Source: a virus (taxonomy: Duplodnaviria; Caudoviricetes). From it: a stretch of DNA of 64,000 nucleotides. A model generated the notes under the pieces. The model saw nothing but the letters and a program-made list of their open reading frames with translations. It searched no databases and was not told the origin of the DNA. A program made the position numbers and the translations under genes. Of the stretch, positions 37,328-47,662 are shown one piece after another; positions within the stretch are counted from its first letter, which is position 1, and each line of letters opens with the position of its first letter. The stretch is from positions 1 to 64,000 of IMG/VR virus record IMGVR_UViG_3300046528_000120; one strand, given 5' to 3'.

Positions 37328-37825
37328 ATGACCCGCAACACTCGCGCCGCCGCTTACGTTATCGCCCTCGCCTTGATCGTTCTCGCGTTCGCCATCCTCA
37401 ACAGCCGCCCGCAATGGCCCGACTTCGTATTATTCGCGATCACCGCAGCGACAGCGGGCGCATGTTTCGCCTTTATCCGTAGCGACGATAAACGCGCCCT
37501 CAGCAACATTGACGCATGGCGCGCCCGCGCATCCTATCAAGCCATGTTAGTTGATTGCGGCGCAGAGTACGCCAGCGTCCGCGTCATTAACTACACGTCG
37601 CGCGACAGCCGCGCCCACCTCCGCGCCTATATCAACGCACGTCATCCAGGCTTGAGCAAAGATGAGCGCGCCACCCTCCAGCGCGACGCCATCGCCTACG
37701 CTATGCAATGGCTCATCGTTGATACCGCTACCGAACTCAAGGATGTCAACGCGCGCCCGCTCCAGGCGCATGAGCCAGTTGCGGATTACATCGACCGCAT
37801 GCAGCGCGCCGCCCGTCTCGCCTAA
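37328..37825 (+). CDS. Hypothetical membrane protein
   Basis: Two N-terminal TM segments; GGAG RBS. Confidence 0.7.
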   Translation: MTRNTRAAAYVIALALIVLAFAILNSRPQWPDFVLFAITAATAGACFAFIRSDDKRALSNIDAWRARASYQAMLVDCGAEYASVRVINYTSRDSRAHLRAYINARHPGLSKDERATLQRDAIAYAMQWLIVDTATELKDVNARPLQAHEPVADYIDRMQRAARLA

Positions 37826-38136
37826 ACCCAGGAGCGAACATCATGCGCCTACAAGTACCGAATGCAATCGCACGTCGCTTCCCTCCGTTCCTCATGCTCA
37901 AGATGTTGAATCGGATTGGTTTGTATCAGGTCGCGCGCCCAGAAGGCTAAACGGTGCGATACAGGGTAGGAATTAATCCCTCCTACCCTACCCATAAAAA
38001 TCGTTAATAGCTTCTGACATTTTCCCGAACGACCGTGGCGCTGCATATTTCTCCTACATACAAGTTTTGAATTATACCTACTCATCTTTTTCGTACCATC
38101 ATCAGGCCCAGGGAGGCTCATGATCTAGTCATGGAA

Positions 38137-38244
38137 AGAACATGAGAGAGGTCATGAGAGAGATCACAGATGAGATCATGAGGGAGATAGCAAGGGAGAT
38201 CACAATGGAGAACATGAGGGAGAACACAAGGGAGAACACAACAT
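38137..38244 (+). repeat. Nine degenerate tandem 12-bp repeats (consensus AGAWCAYRAGGG)
   Basis: agaacatgagag/aggtcatgagag/agatcacagatg/agatcatgaggg/agatagcaaggg/agatcacaatgg/agaacatgaggg/agaacacaaggg/agaacacaacat. Confidence 0.85.
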
Positions 38245-38775
38245 CTTGCAATCAATTGCAAAGATCATGCAGAAAAAGGGGGTTTTCACAGGTTTTTCAT
38301 AGGAAAACGGGCGAGAAATGACGTTTTCATGCAGAAATCGGCGGATATATGGGAAATTTTTGAAGATATATTGTGTCTAAAACAGGGAAATCAGACCTAA
38401 AAACAGGCCTAGATTGGCTCATGAGAGAGTCACAGAGAGGTCGGTGATGGAGATCATGATGGAGATCACAGGGAACACACATACGCGAACATGCGGAGAA
38501 CACAAACGCGATCACAAAAAAAGGGTGGGCTTCGCCTACAGGGCACACCAGGGGTCGGGGCAGGAGGGTTCACAGGGGAGTCGTGGGGGTATCGTGCGAG
38601 GGGTCACAGATGGTCACGAGAAAAAAGGGGGGAGCAATGCCAAGGCACTCGCGCGAAAAAGGGGTTGGCGCGGCGCGCCATTGATAGCAGTGGGAGTAGC
38701 GCCGGCCGCCCTGGTCGTCTACCATAGCGATAGCCTCATCCATCCGCACCTACCACCACAGAAAAGGATAACACC

Positions 38776-39153
38776 ATGAGTGACACCGTTCGCTCCATCG
38801 GCTACATAGCCATCCTGGCCGCACCGCTCACCGATGTCGATGCGCTCGAAGCCATCCAGGAATCGCTGTACGACATCAGAAGCATCATTGGCGTCAACGA
38901 CGAAGGCACGCTGGTCTACAGCGACGTGAACCGCGCCAAGAAACTGAGCGAGCGCACCGAGCTGTATGGCTTGCACCTGGGGCGCGACAGCACCATTGGC
39001 ACGCGCAACGACTTTGCGACCCTGGTTCGCACACTCGGCCTTACCGTGGTCGAAAATAGCATCGAGCCGTATAGCTGCATCTGGTACAACGGCACGGATA
39101 GCGACATGGCGACGCTGACCATCGAAGAATTCCGCGCGCGGGTCCAAGCATGA
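38776..39153 (+). CDS. Hypothetical protein
   Basis: AAGGA RBS. Confidence 0.7.
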   Translation: MSDTVRSIGYIAILAAPLTDVDALEAIQESLYDIRSIIGVNDEGTLVYSDVNRAKKLSERTELYGLHLGRDSTIGTRNDFATLVRTLGLTVVENSIEPYSCIWYNGTDSDMATLTIEEFRARVQA

Positions 39154-39908
39154 GCACGTCTATCCACCTCGGCGACAACATCCTGTTGCGCGTCAAGTAC
39201 GTGGCCAAGCGTGCGTACGCCTTCGTCACCCAGAATGGCAAGGGCGTCGCCCGTATCACCCCGATCAACTGGGCGGCGCTGCATGACCCGGATCGCACCC
39301 CGTACGATGATCGCGTCGGCTATCACATCATCCGCCAGACCATCACCAAGGAATACCGTGACAGCCCGGTGCACACGGAAAGCCGGTTGATCCTGGCCCG
39401 GTTCGATGGCGAGAAGTTCTTCTACGTCAGCCCGAATCAGGTAGGACGTGAGAGCGGCGCCACCGTCGACTTCGACAGGGCCAACACCAAGTATGAGCGC
39501 CCGATCCTGCCGGCCGGCATCAAGCGCTTCCTGCTCAGCTATCCGAACGAGCCGGAGCACCAGCGCATCCTGGCGACCCTCAAACTGGATGAGAACCTGA
39601 CCATGCGCCTGCTCGGCGTCAGCCATGACTTCACGGTCACCATCGACGATGTGCGTGGCCAGGGTCATCGCCCGATGCACTGCAAGATCACGAAATGGCA
39701 TCCGCTCTATCCACAGCCGGCGCTCGATGGCGTCTACCTCGTGCGCATTCACCACGATGGTTCCACCACCTACACCACGGTGCGCTTCGCGGGCGGCACC
39801 TACGAATGGCCGGAGCAAATACCGGCGCTGCAATGGCCGGGGGCGCTGATCAAATGGGCTGGAATCACGGAGGAATGCAGCAAGTTGCTGAGCGACATTG
39901 TCGCTTGA
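39150..39908 (+). CDS. Hypothetical protein
   Basis: ATGA coupling; 252 aa. Confidence 0.7.
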   Translation: MSTSIHLGDNILLRVKYVAKRAYAFVTQNGKGVARITPINWAALHDPDRTPYDDRVGYHIIRQTITKEYRDSPVHTESRLILARFDGEKFFYVSPNQVGRESGATVDFDRANTKYERPILPAGIKRFLLSYPNEPEHQRILATLKLDENLTMRLLGVSHDFTVTIDDVRGQGHRPMHCKITKWHPLYPQPALDGVYLVRIHHDGSTTYTTVRFAGGTYEWPEQIPALQWPGALIKWAGITEECSKLLSDIVA

Positions 39909-40192
39909 TAGTACAACATAATGGAGTTATAATAGCCGTACCCTTTGATATTTCCTCGCGGCCTTCGGGCCGCTGATTGGATTGATATGAAACATTTCCT
40001 GCACAGTATCACCCTAGACCCATGGACGGGGCTCACCATCCTCTACGCCGCCGTCCTGGTCGGCTGGGCCGGACCCGAATGGTTCGCCATCCCGTGCGAT
40101 ACCGCCGCACCCCTTTCCGCCGCTCTGTCCTGCACGGCCGGCATCAACGCCATGCTGGCGCTGTACTTTCAATTCAATAACGGAATCTCGAA

Positions 40193-40648
40193 ATGATCCT
40201 GCCCCTCTGGAACCAGGACTGCATCGTCACGCTCGACGGCGACGATCAGCAAATCCTCGGTCACGCCCGCGCGCCGTACGTCGACATTAACGGCCGTTAC
40301 CGCATCAACGTGTACTCGTCCCGCTGGGGCTATGAGCGCCTGTTCGCGCCGAGCGAGATCACCCTGTTGCCGGTCACGTTGCCGGGCGGTGTCCTGTATG
40401 ACGCCCACATCGCTTTCAACAAGCGCTACACCCAAGAGCAAGCCGACGCCTTCCTGGCCGCCGAGCAGGAGCCGGTGAAGACCCAGGTACTGCCAGCCGC
40501 ACCGAAGTCGCCGATGCAGCGCGCCCGCCCGCTGGTCAAGCCGATGCGGTTCGAGACCGAAAGCGAGGCATTGCAATCAATTGCAAAGACGGTTCAACCA
40601 GTAGCAGCAGTGAGGCGGCGGCGGGTCGTGCGGAAGCCGAATGGTTAG
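40193..40648 (+). CDS. Hypothetical protein
   Basis: Coupled ORF. Confidence 0.65.
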   Translation: MILPLWNQDCIVTLDGDDQQILGHARAPYVDINGRYRINVYSSRWGYERLFAPSEITLLPVTLPGGVLYDAHIAFNKRYTQEQADAFLAAEQEPVKTQVLPAAPKSPMQRARPLVKPMRFETESEALQSIAKTVQPVAAVRRRRVVRKPNG

Positions 40649-41549
40649 CCGGCCGACGCCGGAGCGCCGCTTCGTCCTGTTGCCGGGTCCAGTGCTAAGC
40701 GCGCATGACGGACAGGCGCATATCATCGACGCCTCTCGGCTTGGCATGCTGTACCGTCTCCGGCCGAACGAGTATTACATCCTGAATCCGGTCGATTACA
40801 GGCGCGCCACCGCCACCCAGGTCGGCGACCACCAGCTAAGGATGAGCGGGTTCCTGCTTCAGGGCATCATGCCGCTGAGGCCGCGCGAGACCGGCGACTA
40901 CGATGCCTACCGCCAATGGGTCGAAACAAACTGGCGCGAGGCGATCCGCCGTGAGATGGAGCAGTTCGACATCGAGATGAGCCGGCCGCCATCGGCCGAA
41001 CAGAGAATCAACAACCAGAGAGAACAACGACGTGAACAAGACGCACACAACTGGCGCGGAGTACGAAACTTCGGCGGCCTCCCCCTCGACGCCCGCATCC
41101 GCATCCCACGACCGCGCGTGCAGCCCAGCGACAACGGCTACGGCTTCCGCTTCCAGCTCGACGCGACCGAGTGGGAACAGCTCGTCAACGACGAAGGCGG
41201 GCAAGGTCTCAGCCGGGAAGAAGTCGCGCGGCGGCTCGACGAAAGTGGGCGCGCCCGCCCAAGCAACCGGCAAGACGAGTGGGAACAGGCCATTGCCTTT
41301 CTACTCGCTGGAGGCGCCGACACCGACCAGTTCACGCCGGGCGTCGTCGAAAGCGTCCGCCGCCTCGACGCTGAAGAACTCAGCGCCCTCGCGCGAAGTG
41401 ACAGTGATCAAGGGCAACCGGGCGGGCCTGCGCAGCAAGATGCTGGCAGCGTTCCACCAGGACACGATCAGCGCAGTGCAGAGAGCGCAGCAGATGATCG
41501 CGCAGCACGACTTCTGGCCGGTCGCGCTCCCCGGCGGCTCAAGCGGTAA
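40641..41549 (+). CDS. Hypothetical protein
   Basis: PGPVLSAHDGQAHIIDASRLGMLY pattern; 3' end overlaps the next gene. Confidence 0.65.
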   Translation: MVSRPTPERRFVLLPGPVLSAHDGQAHIIDASRLGMLYRLRPNEYYILNPVDYRRATATQVGDHQLRMSGFLLQGIMPLRPRETGDYDAYRQWVETNWREAIRREMEQFDIEMSRPPSAEQRINNQREQRREQDAHNWRGVRNFGGLPLDARIRIPRPRVQPSDNGYGFRFQLDATEWEQLVNDEGGQGLSREEVARRLDESGRARPSNRQDEWEQAIAFLLAGGADTDQFTPGVVESVRRLDAEELSALARSDSDQGQPGGPAQQDAGSVPPGHDQRSAESAADDRAARLLAGRAPRRLKR

Positions 41550-42156
41550 ATGGACGGTGTATCAGGCCACGGTGTCGCCGGAGAAAGCCATGATGGACAG
41601 CCTCAAGCACTGCATGGCGGGCTTCCCAGAGATGAGCGTCAGCCCTGGCACCTACACGGTCCTGGCGCGCGCCACCACGCACGGCCCCGAGGTGATGATG
41701 TCCAACACCCAGTTCGAGTACCGCACCAACATCGAGTTCGTCGGGCGCGCCCACGGCCAAGTCTTGGTGAACGGGCTGGGCATCGGCATGCTGCTCCGGC
41801 CGCTCGCGGCGCGCGCCGAGGTCGAGCGAATCACCGTGGTCGAGAAGGACCGCGACATCTTGCAATTGATTGCACCGCACTACCAGGACTTGATCGACGC
41901 CGGGAAATTGCGCATCATCCATGGCGACGCCTTTAAGTACGTGCCGGATCAATACTACGATTGCATCATGCACGACATCTGGCCGACCACCAGCACCTAC
42001 AACCTGACCGAGATGATCGCGCTCAAGCGCCGCTACCAGCACCTGATGGCGGGCCGCATCATCTCCCAGCATTGCTGGGCTGAAGAAATTTGCTGGCGCA
42101 TGGCCGGCACCGTCACCACCTTGAAGCAACTGAAACGGAGTATGAAGAATGACTGA
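41398..42156 (+). CDS. Class I SAM-dependent methyltransferase (spermidine-synthase-like fold); start uncertain
   Basis: MMSNTQFE…VLVNGLGIG…ITVVEKD…IIHGDAF…YDCIMHDIW. Confidence 0.8.
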   Translation: MTVIKGNRAGLRSKMLAAFHQDTISAVQRAQQMIAQHDFWPVALPGGSSGKWTVYQATVSPEKAMMDSLKHCMAGFPEMSVSPGTYTVLARATTHGPEVMMSNTQFEYRTNIEFVGRAHGQVLVNGLGIGMLLRPLAARAEVERITVVEKDRDILQLIAPHYQDLIDAGKLRIIHGDAFKYVPDQYYDCIMHDIWPTTSTYNLTEMIALKRRYQHLMAGRIISQHCWAEEICWRMAGTVTTLKQLKRSMKND

Positions 42157-42526
42157 TCCCTGCTACACCCAGAGCCTGTACCACATGGGCGGCGCTGGCG
42201 GCCTCGAAGTGCGCGCCGGCTCGCGCTGGTCGCCAAGCCAGACGAAGCTGGGCGAGATGATCGCGGACCCGAAAGGGTTCTACGTCAACAATCTGGTCCT
42301 GCGCGAGGCCAACCGCCGCATCCTCGACTTGCACGCCGCCAAGGGGCCGATGGTCGAGCGCATCCGCGAGCTGGAAGAGGAAGTAAAGCGCTTGCAGAAC
42401 ATCGTCGCGACGCAGCCGGTCATGGCCCGCGCCGTCCTGGAGCGCCTGAAGGCCGACCCGCACGCTGCCGAGTTGTTCGGCTTCGTCCGCCAGCTCGCCA
42501 CCCTCTTGAGCGTGGAGACCGCGTGA
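42149..42526 (+). CDS. Hypothetical coiled-coil protein
   Basis: RIRELEEEVKRLQ. Confidence 0.65.
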   Translation: MTDPCYTQSLYHMGGAGGLEVRAGSRWSPSQTKLGEMIADPKGFYVNNLVLREANRRILDLHAAKGPMVERIRELEEEVKRLQNIVATQPVMARAVLERLKADPHAAELFGFVRQLATLLSVETA

Positions 42527-42765
42527 GCGATTACGGATGCCACAACCGCGAGCCGTTCACCACGCGCGTGCTCGTCCAGGACGGCGTGGAAGAGCCGCCG
42601 GTAGACGAGGGCTGGGGCTGGTACTCGGCGAAGCCGCGCTACCGCTTCATCGAGCTGCGCACTGACCACTTCGATTGCTGCTACACCCGTAGCGAGAAGA
42701 CCAACGGCGACCCGCAATGCGAGGGTTGCAAGTGGAAATCAACTAACCCCGACCTGGAGTATTAA
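42523..42765 (+). CDS. Small Cys-containing hypothetical protein
   Basis: YGCHNR…CCYT…DPQCEGCKW. Confidence 0.65.
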   Translation: MSDYGCHNREPFTTRVLVQDGVEEPPVDEGWGWYSAKPRYRFIELRTDHFDCCYTRSEKTNGDPQCEGCKWKSTNPDLEY

Positions 42766-42766
42766 G

Positions 42767-43051
42767 ATGGAATGGAAAGAATGGTATCTGGCGATTGTCA
42801 TCCTATGCATCTTCGGCTATCTCGTCGAGGAATGGCTGAAGGCCAAGTACAAGAAGACGCGGCGCCCGCGCTATGTTCACGTCAAGAGCCAGGACCGCTA
42901 TGAAGTCCTGGAGGTCGGCCGACGCGAGGCGGATTGCAGCATGGTCGTCATCTATCGTAGCCTGGAAACCCGCGCAGTATGGGTTCGGGATTACAATGAA
43001 TTCTTCGATGGGCGTTTCGTCCTCGATACCCCCAAGAACGAAAGGAAGTAA
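42767..43051 (+). CDS. DUF1653-like protein with an N-terminal TM helix
   Basis: RYVHVK…YEV…VVIYRSL…VWVR…EFFDGRF. Confidence 0.7.
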   Translation: MEWKEWYLAIVILCIFGYLVEEWLKAKYKKTRRPRYVHVKSQDRYEVLEVGRREADCSMVVIYRSLETRAVWVRDYNEFFDGRFVLDTPKNERK

Positions 43052-43054
43052 GAC

Positions 43055-43423
43055 ATGGCCGACGCCGCATCCGTGAAATTTGCGCAGGCGTATAAAGCAC
43101 TCCGTAAGGCGGCTGACGCCAACCCGGAATATTTCGATCTCGCCCGCGAAGTGTTGCGCCGCCATGATGACGGCTCGGTCTTGCTCATGCACGCATTGAT
43201 GATGGGTCTGCAACAGGCGTACGACGCCGGGCGCGCCGGCAAGCCGGTGCCGCTGCCGACCTTGGTTCAGACCAGCGCCGAATTGAAATCAATTGCAAAC
43301 CGTGGCGACGAAGCAGAAGAGGAACCGGCCGCAGCGCCGGCCCGCCCGCAGCGCGTCTCCCGGACTCCCCAGAAACCCGTAACCCCTACCTTGAAAAGAA
43401 TTGTGCGGAGGGCACCGAAATGA
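43055..43423 (+). CDS. Hypothetical protein
   Basis: RBS; codon use. Confidence 0.65.
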   Translation: MADAASVKFAQAYKALRKAADANPEYFDLAREVLRRHDDGSVLLMHALMMGLQQAYDAGRAGKPVPLPTLVQTSAELKSIANRGDEAEEEPAAAPARPQRVSRTPQKPVTPTLKRIVRRAPK

Positions 43424-43899
43424 ATACCACTGTCATACCCAAGTCCGTCTTCATGTACCACGTCGCACGCGGCGACCAGCGCGAAGTCTTCGAGCACGAA
43501 GAGCTGGGCCTGTTCGATGTCACCGCGATGCGCGAGCGCGCCAAGTTCCGTGGCGAAGCGGTCGAGATCGCCATTGATCAGGTCGAGCCGTTCGTGCGCG
43601 CCAACCGCGTGTTCGAGCAGGATCGCGTCGACCAGCTCGACAGCTACTCATGGCAGTTCGATCCGGTCCTGTATGTGCTCCTGGATGAAGGCCCGCCACA
43701 CGGCACCAGCTACTTGCTGATCGACGGCGCGCACCGCGTCATCCGCCGCCACCAGGAAGGCCGCGATACCGCCCTGGCCGTGATCCTGACCGAAGCCGAC
43801 ATCCTCCGGCCCGACCTCAGCAAATGGGGCAGGGTCCAGGAAACGCTCGGCCTCGACTGGGGCGCCCCGCTCAGCAGCCTGAAGGAGAAGCAAGGATGA
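43420..43899 (+). CDS. ParB/Srx-like domain protein
   Basis: DPVLYV…YLLIDGAHRVIR…G. Confidence 0.6.
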   Translation: MNTTVIPKSVFMYHVARGDQREVFEHEELGLFDVTAMRERAKFRGEAVEIAIDQVEPFVRANRVFEQDRVDQLDSYSWQFDPVLYVLLDEGPPHGTSYLLIDGAHRVIRRHQEGRDTALAVILTEADILRPDLSKWGRVQETLGLDWGAPLSSLKEKQG

Positions 43900-44279
43900 A
43901 CGGCCGGCTCCCGAACACGCCGGCCGGCTGGCATGCCTTCATCGACGCCTGGGCACAGTACCATAACGTCCAGATGAGCGAGCAGGCGCGCGGCGCGCTG
44001 TGCAACGCCTTCGGCAACCTCACCGAGGCCGAGATGGACGCAATCCAGGCGCACCCGAACTACGAGCGCATCACCGTCGAACTGCCGGCGCACGGCACCG
44101 TCCTGGCGTCTACGGTCACCTACCGCCCGCAGCCAGCCGCCGAGCCGTTGCAATCAACTGCAAAGCCGGTCGCCGCCCGACCGACCAGGACGCCGCCACG
44201 CACCGCGCCGAGCGTTCCCGCCCCTACGGGAACCCGGCCACCTGCTCGCATCGTCCGTCGCACTGTCCCGATAAAATAA
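43896..44279 (+). CDS. Hypothetical protein
   Basis: ATGA coupling. Confidence 0.6.
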   Translation: MNGRLPNTPAGWHAFIDAWAQYHNVQMSEQARGALCNAFGNLTEAEMDAIQAHPNYERITVELPAHGTVLASTVTYRPQPAAEPLQSTAKPVAARPTRTPPRTAPSVPAPTGTRPPARIVRRTVPIK

Positions 44280-44315
44280 GCGTAATCGCACACTTGATAC
44301 CCGAGGATAACAATA

Positions 44316-44828
44316 ATGGCTCGCCTCACTTATGACGCTTTGCTCTTGCTCGCAAACGTCGCCGCCAATGAAGAGCACAGCATCACCCGGATCGCCTATG
44401 ACGTGTTCAATGGCTACAACCCGGCCACGCCCGGCGTCCCGACCCCGGTCTCACTCGCCAGGGCCAAGCGCGCTGCCCTCAGCTTGGTCGCTGCCAAGCG
44501 CGCCGGCTGTAAGCCGAACCGGAAAGACATTCAAGTCATCTGGTTCCACGACATGACGAATGGTTCAGTCCAGGCGCAGTACCTGATGAACCTCATGGTA
44601 CGGGGCGGGGCGGAGCGACGCGCGGATGACCGCCGCCAGCACGACGAGCCGCACGTAGGTGAGCGCCGCGAAGGCCCGCGCCGTACCGAGACCGAAGTAT
44701 TTCAACGCCCCAAACGGATCGTGCGCCCGGTCGTCCGGCCGGCGCCCCAAGAAAAACCCACCAGCGCATTCTGGCCTTGCATGGGTCAGCGCACTTCCAG
44801 CCTATTCGATAAAGAGGACAAATCATGA
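44316..44828 (+). CDS. Hypothetical protein
   Basis: GAGGA RBS. Confidence 0.65.
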   Translation: MARLTYDALLLLANVAANEEHSITRIAYDVFNGYNPATPGVPTPVSLARAKRAALSLVAAKRAGCKPNRKDIQVIWFHDMTNGSVQAQYLMNLMVRGGAERRADDRRQHDEPHVGERREGPRRTETEVFQRPKRIVRPVVRPAPQEKPTSAFWPCMGQRTSSLFDKEDKS

Positions 44829-45217
44829 TGAACCAACGTGTAGCCAGGACTTCCCCCGCCCAGCGCCGGATCAACGCGGCTTTCCAGCAAATTGCGACCC
44901 GCCTGCGGGGAGAAACGCACACCGACGCCAGCCTGTTCGGCATGATCGCGCACATCATCCCGCAGCAGCCGGAGTTCGCCGCCGCGCTCTGCGCCAACAT
45001 CGGCCACGTCATGGAAGAGCAGACCGGCGAAATCGACTATGTCGAAATCCACGTCGAGGCATGGCGCCGGACCCTGTTCGCCCCGCAGTCTGAGCACGGC
45101 GGCCCGACCATCGACCTGTTCGCGGGCGACCCCGAGAAGGCCGAGCAGTTCGCTGCCAACCTCGCCCTGGTCCATGGCTCGATGAACATCGGCGTGACCA
45201 GCACCTGGATGAACTAG
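44825..45217 (+). CDS. Hypothetical protein
   Basis: ATGA coupling. Confidence 0.65.
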   Translation: MMNQRVARTSPAQRRINAAFQQIATRLRGETHTDASLFGMIAHIIPQQPEFAAALCANIGHVMEEQTGEIDYVEIHVEAWRRTLFAPQSEHGGPTIDLFAGDPEKAEQFAANLALVHGSMNIGVTSTWMN

Positions 45218-45218
45218 C

Positions 45219-46268
45219 ATGATCGACCCGAGCACCGTCCGGCTCAGTAAGCACTTCTTGCTGTCGGATTTCATGAGCAATCATAGCGTGCAGACGCGCG
45301 GTTACCGGAACCTGTTTCCCGAGCCGCGCGACAGCGGGTACGGCATCAGGATCGCTAACGGCATCGCCCTTTGTGAGAACGCCCTGGAGCCGATCCTGGC
45401 GCAGCACGGCCCGCTCTCCATCAGCTACGGCTACATCTCGCCAGAACTCTCGCGTGAGATCGTGCACTACCAAGACCCCGACAAACCCTCACACCACCGC
45501 TGGGACTTGGGCGCTGCCGCCGACATTTGCGTCCACAGCTGGGTGAACGGAGACCCCGACGATGATACTCTCACAACAGCGCCAATCGCACTGGCACATC
45601 AACTGGATGGGGAAGGTATCCCGTATTCCCGCCTCATCTCCTACAGTGAATCGCCCTATCTCTGTCTCGCCGTCAGCGCTAAGGAGCTGGCAAACGCGCG
45701 CCCGCGTAAGGCGTTCTACGAGAACCGCTTTGCTGGCCAAAGTAAAACGAAGCCAAGCTATTTCTCTCGTTCGACTGAAGCAGCGCGTGCGCGCTCGTTG
45801 GCTGACCTCCAGGCAGGCGCGCTAACCCACGGATGGCGCGGCGCAGGCTACCCGACCTACCACGGCGGCGGTCGCCGGCAGGCGCAGCATATCCGCATCT
45901 CGAAGTACACCATGCTCTGTGATTGGCTCATCGACTTGCAATCAATTGCAACGGGCGCAAAGAACATTCCGAACCTGAGCGATCAGCGCCTCGTCGACAC
46001 CTTCTATGCAGTCGGCGACGCCTACGATGACATCATCGACCTCTGCAAGGTGCCGCGCATGTCGATCATCGCCGGCTACGTCAGCCCAGCCAGCCCGTAC
46101 TTCACCAGGGCCAATGACTGGCGTAGCGGCAAGGCCACCTTCAGCCTTGTTCCGCCCGAGGGCCTGACGGCAGATGACGTGCGCATGGAGATGCTGTTCC
46201 AGCGAAATGATAAAATAACGGGGTTCGGTAGTGACCCCAACATCCTCGATATTACGGTAGAGTTATGA
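45219..46268 (+). CDS. Peptidase M15-like protein with a partly duplicated domain
   Basis: RLSKHFLLSDF…LEPI…ISYGY…SHH…GAAADI; second repeat RISKY…IIAGY. Confidence 0.65.
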   Translation: MIDPSTVRLSKHFLLSDFMSNHSVQTRGYRNLFPEPRDSGYGIRIANGIALCENALEPILAQHGPLSISYGYISPELSREIVHYQDPDKPSHHRWDLGAAADICVHSWVNGDPDDDTLTTAPIALAHQLDGEGIPYSRLISYSESPYLCLAVSAKELANARPRKAFYENRFAGQSKTKPSYFSRSTEAARARSLADLQAGALTHGWRGAGYPTYHGGGRRQAQHIRISKYTMLCDWLIDLQSIATGAKNIPNLSDQRLVDTFYAVGDAYDDIIDLCKVPRMSIIAGYVSPASPYFTRANDWRSGKATFSLVPPEGLTADDVRMEMLFQRNDKITGFGSDPNILDITVEL

Positions 46269-47608
46269 CTGATAAGCCCCGCGAGCAACGCCGCAAGACC
46301 CGCGCGCCAACCGTCTCGGATAAGCCGGTGGAAGTGCAGCGCGCCCCGCACGTCGAAGCCGAACTAAAGAAACGCCAGCAGGAGCAGGAGGCCGCCCGCC
46401 TTGCCAAGGAGCGCCGCGACCAACTGGAGCACGAGCGTAAGCAGAAGGTCCAGGAAGAGCAGCGCAAGCGCGCCGAGGCCGCCGCTGCCCAGATGCAGCA
46501 GACCAGCAACACCCTAGCCCAGACCTTCGGCGCTGTCGCGCGCAGCATGGCCCCACTCAGCCGCGCGATCTCCGACGCTGCCCGCGCCCTGGCCCCGCGC
46601 AGCGCCGGCACTACCCTATCACCGGAATCCGTCGCTGCCATCCGTATCCAGGAGCTGTCGTCGGAGCCTACCGACTTCGCGAACGTGCGCCTGGACAACC
46701 AGGACCGGATTAACGCTGCCCCGCAGGTCGACAATCGCAGTATGGCGAGCGGCCTGAACCTGCAACAGATTCCGCGCCAGCGCTTCCACGATGGCGGCTT
46801 CGTCAGCGACGGCCGACCGGTGCTTCTAGGGATGGATTTCTCCAATGGTGAGAGCACCACCATCGTGACACACGTCGAGCCGAACCGCGAGCAGGCCGCT
46901 GTCCTCGGCGCCGTCAGGGACGTGTTCCGCCCCGGTCAACTCGCCGAATGGGGCGGGGTGCGCGTGAACTACAACATGATCCAGGGCAACTCCGGCATGC
47001 GCATGGTCAACGTCCCGCTGATAAGTCAGCAAAGCAATGTCGGCGATGACCGCACACCGATGATAGAGTGGAGCGCCAGTTACGAGATGGTGCACGATAC
47101 CCACCTCGATGAATTGGCCGGGCGCACCCATGGCATCGTGGCGCAGCGCTACAGCGACTTCCTGGGCGAGGTGACCAACATCAGCGTCTACCAGGGGCCG
47201 TGCCGCGTCGAGCATATCCCCGACATCCGCACGCGCTCGGTGAACTTCGTCGCTACCCTCCCGCTTCAGCATGTCATCGTTACCGGCTTCGGCGGGCCGC
47301 AGAAGATTCTGAATCGCGCCGTGCACATGAAGCAGTTCTCGATCCGCACCGCTGTCACCGACTTGGTGAACCGCGAGATGCCGATGGGTGGCGTAATTCA
47401 GTGCGTCGAGTCGGTCACCACCAGCAGCGAGATCGCGTATCTGGTCAAGGTCAGCGCGGGCATGTCAGAGGCCGGCGCGTGGGTCGTCGTGCAGGAAGTC
47501 AACGGCGAGTTGCGCATTACCAACAGGGAGACGTATAGCGGCGAAAATCAATCAGCGCGGCGCGCCCTGGGTGAGATAATGGAACGATTACTTGAGCGAG
47601 CGGAGTAG
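46265..47608 (+). CDS. Hypothetical protein with an N-terminal coiled coil
   Basis: 447-aa ORF; ATGA coupling. Confidence 0.7.
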   Translation: MTDKPREQRRKTRAPTVSDKPVEVQRAPHVEAELKKRQQEQEAARLAKERRDQLEHERKQKVQEEQRKRAEAAAAQMQQTSNTLAQTFGAVARSMAPLSRAISDAARALAPRSAGTTLSPESVAAIRIQELSSEPTDFANVRLDNQDRINAAPQVDNRSMASGLNLQQIPRQRFHDGGFVSDGRPVLLGMDFSNGESTTIVTHVEPNREQAAVLGAVRDVFRPGQLAEWGGVRVNYNMIQGNSGMRMVNVPLISQQSNVGDDRTPMIEWSASYEMVHDTHLDELAGRTHGIVAQRYSDFLGEVTNISVYQGPCRVEHIPDIRTRSVNFVATLPLQHVIVTGFGGPQKILNRAVHMKQFSIRTAVTDLVNREMPMGGVIQCVESVTTSSEIAYLVKVSAGMSEAGAWVVVQEVNGELRITNRETYSGENQSARRALGEIMERLLERAE

Positions 47609-47662
47609 CGCAATTTGCGGTGATTCCCGTATAATCCAGTCATCCAATTGACGAGGTCGACT

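Noticed and set aside
38414-38779. ORFs over the purine-rich repeat region
   Set aside because: No RBS, atypical codon use, and the sequence is explained by degenerate 12-mer repeats.
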